Positions 54,749 to 64,000 of a DNA stretch of 64,000 nucleotides are shown piece after piece (within the stretch, counting starts at the first letter, position 1; each line of letters begins with the position of its first letter). Under the pieces are notes generated by a model, which saw only the letters and a program-made list of their open reading frames with translations, was not told the origin of the DNA and ran no database searches. The stretch comes from Chiloscyllium plagiosum. Lineage: Eukaryota. The stretch covers positions 51,528,920 to 51,592,919 of the forward strand of contig NC_057719.1 of the NCBI RefSeq assembly GCF_004010195.1, written 5' to 3'. The translations under genes and the position numbers were made by a program.

Positions 54749-54856
54749 ATTATAAAAGCTCCATCAACCTTTCCCTTGGATTTGTATTCTCCCTCCTGCT
54801 TCGCAAGAATATATGTCCTTTGCTAGAGAGTAAAATCCAAGTTTGGTTTCATTGCA

Positions 54857-54857
<1 letters not shown>

Positions 54858-54892
<35 letters not shown>

Positions 54893-54899
54893 CATCATC
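54858..54899. repeat. (ATT)11(ATC)3 microsatellite
   Basis: Seen directly. Confidence 0.95.
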
Positions 54900-57220
54900 T
54901 ACAACACCATAAGGTGTAGAAGCAGAATGGGCTGTCGAGCCCATTCAGTGAGATTATGCTTATTCTGATTATTTTAAACTCAAATTTCCTGTCTTTTCCA
55001 TATAATCCTAGATTAATTACTGATTTAAAAAATTGCCTCACCAACCTTGAAATATACTTAATGAAACAAACTGAACAGCTTTCTGCAGTAAAGAATTCCA
55101 CAGATTCACATTTGAATACAGAACTGGCTTGAAGGTAGAAGAGAGGGTGGTGGTAGAGAGTTGCTTTTCAGACTGGAGGCCTGTGACCAGTGGAGTGTCA
55201 CATGGATTGGAGCTGGGCCCACTACTTTTCTTCATGTATATAAATGATTTGGATGTGAACATAGGGGGTATCGTGAGCAAGTTTGCAGATGACATCAAAA
55301 TCGGAAGTGTGGTGGACAGTGAAGAAATTTACCTCAAATTACAACGGGATCTTGATCAGATGGGCCAATGGGCTGAGGAGTGGTAGTTGGGGTTTAATTT
55401 AGATAAATGCAAGGTGCCTCATTTTGGGAAAGCAAATCTTAGCAGGACTTATACACTTAATGGTAAGGACCTGGGAGGGGTTCCTGAACAAAGAGACCTT
55501 GGAGTGCAGGTCCATAGTTCCTTGAAAGTGGAGTTGCAGGTAGATAGGATAGTGAAGAAGGCGTTTGGCATGCTTTCCTTTATTGGTCAGGATATTGAGT
55601 ACAGGAGTTAGGAGGTCATGTTGTGGCTGTACAGGACATTGGTTGGGCCACTTTTGGAATATTACATGCAGTTCTGGTCTCCTTCCTGTCAAAGATGTTG
55701 TGAAACTTGAAAGGGTTCAGTTAAGATTTACAAGGATATTGCCAGGGTTGGAGGATTTGAGTAATGGGGAGAGGTTGCTATTTTCCCTGGAGCGTCGAAG
55801 GCTGAGGGGTGACCTTATAGAGGTTTATAAAATCATGAGGGGCATGGATAGGAGAAACAGGCAAGGTCTTTTCCCTTGGTTGGGGGGTGTCCAGAGCTAG
55901 AGGGCATAGGTTTAGAGTGAGACAGGAAAGATATAAAAGGTACCCAAGGGGTAATGTTTTCATGCAGAGTGTGGTGCTTGTATGGAATGAGCTGCTGGGG
56001 AAGTGGCAGAGGCTGGTATATTGCAGCATTTAAAAGGCATCTGGATGGGTATATGAATAGGAAGGGTTTGGAGGGATATGGGTCAAGCTGGCAAATGGGA
56101 CTAGATTAGGTTAGGATACCAGGTTGGCATGGACGAGTTGGACCGAAGGGTCTATTTCCATGCTGTACATCTATGACAACCCTCTGAAAAAAGAAATTTC
56201 TGTATATCTCTGTTTTAAATGAACAACCCTTTATTCTGACATTATGTCCTCTGGTCTGAGACTCTTCCCACAAGGGGAAACCACATTTCTGTACGTACCC
56301 TATCTAGTTCCTTAAGAATCTTGTTTATTCCAATACGGTCACCCTTCATCTTTCTAAATTACATTGAGTATCGGCTTAATGTTTTCAACCTGCCCTCCGA
56401 AGACAGTTCCTCAAATTTGGTATCAACCTAGATAACATCCCTGGACTGCGTTCAATGATAGCATACCCTTCCTTAGATAAGCAGCCCAAATCTGTTGATC
56501 GTATTCCAGCTCGAGTCTGACTAGTGTCTTGTATAAATTTAACAAAACTTCCCCAATGTTTATACTCATTCCCTTTTAAAATAAAGACCAACATTCCATT
56601 TGCCTTTTCAAATACCTGCTGAACTTGGATATTAGCTTCCTGTGACTCGTTCATGAAATCTCCGAATCCCTCTGTTCTGTAGCTTTCTGCAGTCCTTCTC
56701 CATTTCAGTAATATTCAGCTGCTGTATTCTTCCTGAAAAACTGCATAGCCACATTTTCCCACTATTTCCTCTACCAAGTTTTTGCATACTTGCTTAACCT
56801 GTTGATATCCCTTGATAGACATTGCATCATCACCTATGTCTTCCCACCAGCCTTTGTCACACGTAAGTTTCACAGTAGTGCATTTACTTTCCTCATTCAA
56901 GTCATTAGTACAGTAAATTGTGACCCCTGTACTGAGTACCTGTGGCACACCACTTGGGTTATATCCTGAAAATTTCATCTTATCCCTCCTCTGTCTTTTG
57001 TTTAATCAGTTCAATATACTAATATGCTACTTCCAACACCATGGGTTCTTGTCCTGATGTGTGCTCTCTTTACAAAAACCTTCTGAAAATCCAAATATAT
57101 TGTATCTAATGCTTTCCTTTTTGCGTATCTAGTTTGTTACCACCTCAAATAATTCTATTAAATTTATCAGGCATGATTTCTTTTTAATGAAGCCATACTG
57201 ACTCTACTTGATCATAAATT
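54900..57220 (-). mobile_element. Older CR1 on minus strand, interrupted by a plus-strand CR1
   Basis: VNLWNSLLQKAV near 55060-55110; QVQQVFEKANGMLVFI at 56385-56654; SGVPQ at about 56950. Confidence 0.75.
55111..56177 (+). mobile_element. CR1 3' portion (RT)
   Basis: SDWRPVTSGV..YINDLD..KFADDIK, plus 3'UTR and tail. Confidence 0.93.
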
Positions 57221-57239
57221 TTTTACCGCTTACTTTAAA

Positions 57240-57485
57240 TTCACAGAAGATGAGGAGAAACCTTTCGCTTAGAGGGTGGTGAAAATCTTGAACTTGTCTG
57301 TGAGGGTGAGAGAGGCATAACATTTAAAGGAGTACTTAAATGTGAATTTGCAATGGTGAGGCATACAAGGCCGTAGGCCAAGTGTTTGAAATGGGATGAA
57401 AATAGTTAAGTGCTGCTTTTTGACTGGTGCAGACATGATGGGTCAAAGGACCATTGTCTGGACTGTGGATCTCTATGGCTCTGTA
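57240..57485 (+). mobile_element. Old CR1 3' end
   Basis: agagggtggtgaaaatcttgaac..catgatgggtcaaaggacc..ctctatggctct. Confidence 0.6.
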
Positions 57486-57834
57486 AATGCTTGGCTATTA
57501 TATCCTTTTAATATTAGACTCTAATTTTTCCAATAACATTAAGCTAATTAGCTAATAGCACATCACAGCACACCCCTTCTCTTTATCTGTAATGCCCACC
57601 AGCACAACAAGCCTCTAAGATCATGGCACTGTCTCTGCCGTAAGTGTATCTTTGACTTACGGTAGCAATGCCTTCAATTCTGTAGGCTCTAGAATTTCTT
57701 TCCTAAACTGCTTTCTCCGTCTCCTTCTTTTTTTGTTTTTCTTCAGACTTTTTAAAAATCAACCCATTTGACTAAATTTTCTTTTGTCATCTATCTTGAT
57801 ACCGTCTTGCGTGATTCTGTCAGATTTTGTTAGG

Positions 57835-58075
57835 ACCCACTTCAGAATTTGAGTCTAGAATCAAAGTTGATACTCCAGTGCCATACCAAGGGATGTGTCT
57901 TGCATTCAGATGAGATACTAAACGAAGGCCTCTTCCTGCTCAAGTAGTTGTTAAAATTTACGTAGTACTATTTTTGAGAGTGGAGGAAAGTTATCCCTCA
58001 TGTCCTGGCCAGTGTTTATCCTTTTGTCACAATCAGCAAAACAGATTATTTACTCATTTTCACATGTGCCTTTTG
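57835..58075 (+). mobile_element. DeuSINE (SacSINE1/AmnSINE1-like) relic
   Basis: gatactccagtgc..cagatgagatactaaacgaaggcc..tgtcctggccagtgtttatcc..aaaacagattat matches the Deu-domain pattern from memory. Confidence 0.65.
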
Positions 58076-58099
58076 TGTGTGTTGTGGGGGAGTGAGTTT

Positions 58100-58936
58100 G
58101 TGGTATTTATGTAACACTGGGTGAAAGGTTTTGAGCAAGTATCTTCCCTTAAAAAGGGCATGACTGATAAATCCAAGACTCCTGGGTATTAAGGAGCATA
58201 AAGGAAGGAAAAAAATAAATTTGATTCCAAGGGATCAATATTACCTCAAACCTGGGCGAGTACAGAAAACATAGTGGTGAGGATAGAATGAAATTAGGAA
58301 AACAAAGAGACCATGCAAGCATGTTGATAAATGTAAAATATAGGAATTCAAAAGTTCTTTGATTTCTAGAGAATGTGTTTTGGATGGGGGAGGATAATGT
58401 GTTTGTGGAGGTGGAGGACGTTGGAATCCCTTCTGAAGAATCATTCTAATCAGGGAGGAAGAATGTGAAATATTAGTCGATGTTAACATAGTGAGAGAGG
58501 AATTTTTAAGAGGTTTAATATCTTCTGAAAAATGTCTCCTCAGGTTTAGATTAGATTACTTAGTGTGAAAACAGGCCCTTTGGCCCAACAAGTCCACACC
58601 GACCCACCGAAGCATAACCCACCCCGACCCATTCTCAAACATTTACCCCTTCACCTAACACTACGGGCAATTTAGCCTGGCCAATTCACCTAACCTGCAC
58701 ACTTTTGGATTGTAGGAAGAAACCGGAGCACCCGGAGGAAACCCACGCAGACACGGGAGAATGTGCAAACTCCACACAGAAATTGAACCCGGGTTTCTGG
58801 CGCTGCGAGGCAGCAGTGCTAACCACCATGCCGCCGCCCCCCCCCCCCAAGAGAATTAAGAGAAAAGACAGGAAATATCAGAAGTCCAAACAATCAATTT
58901 CCAATCTCCTCTTGGAGCGGGGTGGAGGATTGGAGG
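58100..58936 (+). mobile_element. Old CR1 ORF2 relic, left part (target of the ERV insertion)
   Basis: Ends at GAGGATTGGAGGATA (EDWRI). The element continues beyond the ERV at 63565. Confidence 0.6.
58546..58836 (-). mobile_element. HE1-type SINE
   Basis: ttaga tail repeats, aaactccacacag core and tRNA head gaggcagcagtgctaaccac. Confidence 0.9.
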
Positions 58937-58956
58937 ATACCTCCACTTCCCCCAGC

Positions 58957-59525
58957 TGATAATTAAGTTTTTCTTGAGGTTCTTGCACACTTGATGCAAC
59001 TACTACTTGCTAACCTCTGTGAACGAGCAAGGTTTATTAAGCACAGTCAAACACAAGCTTTGGAGAAATCCTGAACACTCTTCGCCATGGTTGTGAACTA
59101 TGTCCAGGGAAACTCTCCCTGAACAAAGGAAACAGTCCTTCTTTATACAAAATCTTTACATCACAGTTAGTAATGCCCCCAAGACAGCCCCTCAGCCATC
59201 CTCCCTCACAGTCACATGCTACTCAAGACACAATGCAGTGACCACCTATCATGCAAATCATCCCTTAATGGCCAGATCTGGTGTGAATTGTATTCTTTTG
59301 AACTGCAGGGAGTAGTCAGAATTCTAACTATAATGTTTTTATTGATTTCTGAATAGGGATGAAAATGTAACTAGGCTTTTGAATAGCAAGGAAATGGCCA
59401 TGTAAATGCTCTAAATATGAGATTAAGAAATTACCATATATCTGTAAGTCAGAGGCATCCGACCCTAGCCTCGTGACATCTAATTTCCTGCAGGTCAGCA
59501 GAGCAAGTTAACTCTTATAATATTA
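58957..59525 (-). repeat. 3' LTR (569 bp)
   Basis: Direct repeat of 63001-63564. Ends TA(TG)..CA, with TATAAA at 59142-59147 and AATAAA at 59033-59038 (minus). Confidence 0.85.
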
Positions 59526-59543
59526 TATTCCCTCTATCATTCC
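59526..59543 (-). other. Polypurine tract
   Basis: GGAATGATAGAGGGAATA immediately 5' of the 3' LTR. Confidence 0.65.
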
Positions 59544-59554
59544 ATGATAGCCAC

Positions 59555-59737
59555 CTAGATGGCTCTTCCAGCTTTCGTAAAACTCTGACAGCTAGTACTT
59601 AAGCAAATTATTGACATACAGCATACAATGATTATAACAACAAAAATTACTAGATCATGTAGTAGATAGGATCCTCCCATGTAGAAAGAAAAGTGTTTGC
59701 CAGTAAGGTTCTTAAGTTCACACTCCACCCCCTCCAA
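59555..59737 (-). pseudogene. env C-terminal transmembrane anchor relic
   Basis: GSYLLHDLVIFVVIIIVCCMSIICL hydrophobic helix plus a short tail, stopping just before the PPT where env normally ends. Confidence 0.55.
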
Positions 59738-59745
59738 GTCGAGTG

Positions 59746-60350
59746 TGTTATGGACTAGGCCAGACCACTCAAAACATTCTTAAGCAGGCAACCCAGACCA
59801 TAACTTTGCAATTTGACTCGCTAAGTGTACAGTGAAAATTACCCAGAGTAAGATAGTCAGGTTGATTACTAGGTTTTAAAAAGACAAATTTATTCCCAAA
59901 ATGTACTCCATGAACCATAAAGGACAGAATAAAGAACCCCTACAGAACTCAGTCTATCCAAAATAGACTTAATTATGCTGTTCTTAATATACACAACAGT
60001 CCCAATAAGCAAACCCCCTTAAACTGCCTTAACAAAAAGCTTTCAGGTTGAAGTTAGGAGGGCAGAGAGAGTTTCCACACAGCCTACTGTTGAATCCCTA
60101 ACTAGTTCTGGACTGAGCTGCCCAGCTGGAGGGCTGACCACTCCCATTTCATTATACAGGTCACTTCTAAAACATTACCACTTTGGCCTGCAGTCTCATC
60201 TGTTTATATATAAACAAAAGACCTCTCAGTACTCATTAATCTCTGTACAAAACTAGTCTAATCGGAACCGGAAGATGTTATGACCCCTGTGGGGAAAAAA
60301 AATCAAGAAAAGGAATAGCTCTTTAAAAAAAAAGGATCAGCTTTGTGACA
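59746..60350 (-). mobile_element. Solo LTR (unrelated, probably Gypsy-type) nested in the ERV
   Basis: TGTTA..TGACA termini with a perfect 4 bp TSD AGTG (59742-59745 / 60351-60354). TATA at 60203-60214, then AATAAA at 59889-59894 on minus. Confidence 0.85.
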
Positions 60351-60475
60351 AGTGAAGATGAGCCAGTTATCCAAAATCTCCTGCAGCAAAGTCCAACCTG
60401 AAAACAAAATCCAGTCTGTCCTTGCAAACCATTCCACGAAGAAATCCGAATTCTTCGATCAGGGCAGTTAAATAC

Positions 60476-60787
60476 GTAACAAAATGGACAAGACTCAATA
60501 CTTGCAGAGATGCTTCAGATAGAGGATACCAGCTTATCGGAGTGTGAAGTGCTGCAGCAGCAGCAACAGGCTAGTGAATGCAGCATTCTTTGCTGCTCCC
60601 GCTCTGCTGTCAAATGTAACAAAGCCAACTGGCTGTTTTGATGTCAGCTTGATCAGTCTACCTTCATATCCCTTTTAAATGCTTGAAAGAGAAGGTAAGG
60701 CTCACATGGTTTAATGTCCATAGGAAGGCTACTAACCAGCATACAGACCTCCTCTTTACAATTGTTAGCTTCACTTTTTGTGCTCGT
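60476..60787 (-). pseudogene. RBPMS2: Processed RBPMS2-like pseudogene (RRM N-terminal part plus C-terminus, internally deleted)
   Basis: Minus translation across frameshifts: [37 protein letters not shown] / [30 protein letters not shown] / AFT / [35 protein letters not shown] and the poly-Ala LH..WYP segment favour RBPMS2 over RBPMS. No introns. Confidence 0.9.
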
Positions 60788-61919
60788 GACTGGAGAGCTG
60801 ATTGAATCCATTGGATCAGGTTTTGGAGGGGTAGGTGGTGGTGGTCTGAAGGCATGCTTTACCTGTGAATGGAGAAACTCTAGAGACTGTTAGCTGCTGA
60901 AAGTATCTTTGCATTTCCTCTTTCTCTCATTCCTTCCTTGCCAAGGTGGATATCCGTATAAAGACAGTCACTCAGTTAACTACACTAAATTGTGTCTGCC
61001 TATTGTAACATTCTCAGTCATCTTGAAGTCTGTTATTCTGTTTACTATTTATGGCATTATCAAGTTTTATACAATCCATAAACTTCTAAATTGTGCTGCC
61101 TAAACAATTCAATCATTTATAAGCAACAATCAGTGGTCCTAAAATCAAACCCTTTGGGGACCCCATTCAGGTTATTCAAAAATTGTTTTCCTTTAACAAA
61201 TTAATACTTGGCTAAATGTGAAAATTGTCAGGAAAAGTATTTCAAAAATTTGGAACAGCAAGAAAACAACAATGTTTCCTGTGCTTTAGTCAATGAAGAA
61301 GCAGTTTCAGTTCTGATTTAAATCTCAAATATTTGTGGGAAACAAATACAGAATATATTAAAATACGTTCTCCAAATGAAACTTCCCAAATAAAATTACA
61401 GTGGCAACTTTCGTTGAGATCAACATTCTTTGAATTTGCAATATGAAGGGGGCCAATGAACTGTTAACAATAATTGACAGAACTGAAACAGCTCAGCCTC
61501 GTTCGAATATTCTCTAAAATCTTAACCAAACATCAACATTAAAATGCTCTCTTCTTTTTGTGAAAACTCTGCATTAAAAACAGCAAAGATATTTTAATAA
61601 AATACTTTAATCTGGCTAAAGCATGACCACCGACACAACTTTTTTTTAAACAAACATTGTAGAATTTCAAACAACTCGGGCTCAAGGTCCTCAATTTGTT
61701 TTAAGGTTACAAGTTTGATAATTTTAAAAAGAACATAATGTTGTATGATAATGTGAAAACAAAATCTGCCCTATTACATAGCCTGCAAAACACTATAGTG
61801 AATTGAGATTCGGATTCTATAAGACAAAACAGTTGCTAAAAGGATTTTCTGAACCAGTATTTTAACAAACTAAAATATTTAAATATCAAATGCTTTCAGT
61901 ATGGCATAGTTTACATTGA

Positions 61920-62124
61920 GCTGGAAATGTGTTGCTGGAAAAGCGCAGCAGGTCAGGCAGCATCCAGGGAACAGGAGAATCGACGTTTCGGAATCCTGAA
62001 GAAGGGCTTATGCCCGAAACGTCGATTCTCCTGTTCCCTGGATGCTGTCTGACCTGCTGCGCTTTTCCAGCAACACATTTCCAGCTCTGATCTCCAGCAT
62101 CTGCAGACCTCACTTTCTCCTCAA
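61920..62124 (+). mobile_element. Young Penelope-derived palindromic insertion
   Basis: 74 bp inverted arms at 61918-61991 / 62014-62087, with a perfect 14 bp TSD atagtttacattga (61906-61919 / 62125-62138). Confidence 0.9.
61991..62028 (+). ncRNA. Minimal type I hammerhead ribozyme motif
   Basis: GAATC-CTGAAGA-A-GGGC-TTAT-GCCC-GAAAC-GTC-GATTC: stem I, core, stem II, palindromic ACGT helix III and GUC triplet. Confidence 0.7.
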
Positions 62125-62980
62125 ATAGTTTACATTGAAACTTCCTTTATCGACCCAAGAAATAGTACAACCTCAATTTCAGCATTTCTCGCTTTTTCTT
62201 TGCATCCTCTCAATGAAATTACACTTAAAGAGAAAACCCTTGCAGCTGACCACACGGCACCCAGAAGAAGGACTCACAGAGTCGAGTCCACAGCCCAGAA
62301 ACAGAGACTCGCACAACAAAGATCCAGACAAATCTTCCCCGATAATTAATGTACTGGGATCCGGGTAGACCGACTCCACTTTCTCCCTCTTCTGGTGACG
62401 CCATGTTGTCCTAAAAGTACTCCAAAGGGGAGTTGTTGGTGATAAAGGCAACTTTAAGTAGTACCAAATTCTCCCCTTTGTTTCATGCTCTGGACCCTCA
62501 AACTTTGTGTCTGTTGTCTCCACACCCATTTTGGGGTCCTGACCTTCACATGGGGGATCTCTCCTCTTAACCGGCATAAGGCAGGGTGATAGAGACAGAC
62601 ACAGCAGTTTTTATTTACCCTTATGCTTCAATGCCTTAGACCTCACCACAATAGGACTCCAACCCACAAATACCTGGGGGACTCAAACCTCTTGCTTTAT
62701 ATGTCCAGGGATTCGAACCCCAATTAAATCCAGAGGACTTTAATCTCCCAATTCCCAGTAACCTATGATTCTGAAAGTGAACTTGTTGGCATGCAAGTGT
62801 GTAAGTTACCTCAGATATTCTAATCACGACAGAGTCCTAGGGGAAAAGAGGTCGACTGAGTGATAGGTTAAGGAGAGAGATCAAGGTAAATGTTTACCTT
62901 TTTTAGGCCCATTCGTTTCACGCAACCGACACTCGGACGATCACTTACTCAGTCCACCTGGAAGCTCCGGACATGTTGGA

Positions 62981-62998
62981 ATCCCACCACTGCCAGCA
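62981..62998 (-). other. Primer-binding site, tRNA-Leu
   Basis: TGCTGGCAGTGGTGGGAT, 2 nt after the LTR CA. It is 17/18 complementary to the vertebrate tRNA-Leu 3' end ATCCCACCACTGCCACCA as recalled. Confidence 0.85.
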
Positions 62999-63000
62999 AA

Positions 63001-63564
63001 TGTTAAATTCTTTTTCCTGCAGTTCTTGCATCCTTGATGCAACTGCAAACACCAACTTCTGTGAACAAGCAAAATTTATTAAGCACAGCCCAATATAAGA
63101 TTTGGAGAAACCCTGAACACACTTTGCCATGGTTGGGAGGTGTGTACAGGGAAGCTCTCCCTGAACAAAGGAAACAGTCCTTCTTTTATACAAAATGCCT
63201 ACAAGATAACGCCAAATCATCCCCCTTACAGTCAGATACTCGAGACAACGCAGTGACCACCTCCCCTCCAGAAACCATCTAATGCAAATCGTCCATTAAT
63301 GGCCAGATCTGTGTGAATTGTTTTTGTTTAACCACGGAGTAGTCAGTATTTCAACTATAATGTTCTTTATTGATTTCTGAATAGAGGATGAAAATGTAAA
63401 TAGGCTATTGATTGGCGAGGAAATAGTCATGTAAATGACTCTGGATAATAGGAGATGATAAGGTAACTTCTTACAATTTTTCTGTAAGTCAGAGGCATCC
63501 GACCCTAGCCTCGGGACATCCAATTTCCTGCAGGTCAGCAGAGCAAGTTAACTCTTTAATATCA
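63001..63564 (-). repeat. 5' LTR (564 bp)
   Basis: TG..CA termini, TATAAAA at 63184-63190 and AATAAA at 63075-63080 (minus). Direct repeat of 58957-59525. Confidence 0.88.
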
Positions 63565-64000
63565 CGGAAGAAACTTCTTGAGGGATAGGATAAATTTTCA
63601 TTGAGACAGTTTGTTCCAATATGGTCAGTGCTAATATTGAAGGCAGATGAAGTCTGATTCATTCATTTTTCTGTCGAGGTATCAGGTAGGATTCATGCCT
63701 TTGATATAGCCCATATGGATTTCGCAATACTTTTTTGATACCTAGCAGACTGGCCATGATAATAAAAGTCCTTGGAAACAAGGCAAAGATGCAAATCTGA
63801 TCCAACATTCCTTTAGAAAAAGGAAGCAAAAAATAATAATTGATGGATGCTTTTGTGACCAGAAAGCACTTTCCATTGGGACTCTGCACACGCTCTATTG
63901 ACCACATGGCTTTTTGTAATCTGTCAATGGCCTGGATATTCCGTGGAGTAGCAATCATAGTCAGATTGCCATTCTGCTCTCCTTTTTTTGCCATTAATAT
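63565..64000 (+). mobile_element. Old CR1 ORF2 relic, right part
   Basis: ttgagggataggata (LRDRI), gcctttgatatagcccatatggattt (AFDIAHMDF) and ttgatggatgcttttgtgac. Confidence 0.6.

Larger units (their letters stand above)
58957..63564 (-). mobile_element. Defective endogenous retrovirus-like element carrying a captured RBPMS2 cDNA
   Basis: On the minus strand the order is 5' LTR, PBS(Leu), splice donor, leader, splice acceptor, RBPMS2 retrocopy, env TM-like relic, PPT, 3' LTR. No recognisable pol. Confidence 0.85.

Noticed and set aside
59340..63540. Duplicated exon-like units (KLDVTRLGSDASDLQ / KLDVPRLGSDASDLQ) with plausible splice sites
   Set aside because: They lie inside the two LTRs, downstream frames close, and TATA, AATAAA, PBS and PPT explain the duplication.

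Overview
Repeat-dense vertebrate DNA, most likely from a shark (inferred from HE1-type SINEs and the CR1, Penelope and Rex1/Babar subfamilies present). There is one assembly gap at 17122-18074. No intact protein-coding gene could be identified. Most of the window is nested retroelement debris plus Harbinger relics. A CpG-rich, probably bidirectional promoter lies at about 34.7-35.5 kb, and the right half looks like the first intron(s) of a plus-strand gene I cannot name. The main result is a minus-strand defective endogenous retrovirus-like element at 58957-63564. It has two LTRs, a tRNA-Leu primer-binding site (PBS), a splice donor and acceptor, an env transmembrane relic and a polypurine tract (PPT). 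In place of most of pol/env it carries a processed, now decayed copy of the host RNA-binding gene RBPMS2, directly behind the splice acceptor, which looks like retroviral capture of a host mRNA. Its 3' LTR is followed by a second PBS-like 18-mer and it has no target-site duplication (TSD), hinting at aberrant integration. Several Penelope-derived hairpins carry hammerhead ribozyme motifs, one of them apparently intact. All identifications come from reading and hand-translating the sequence; no searches were run.
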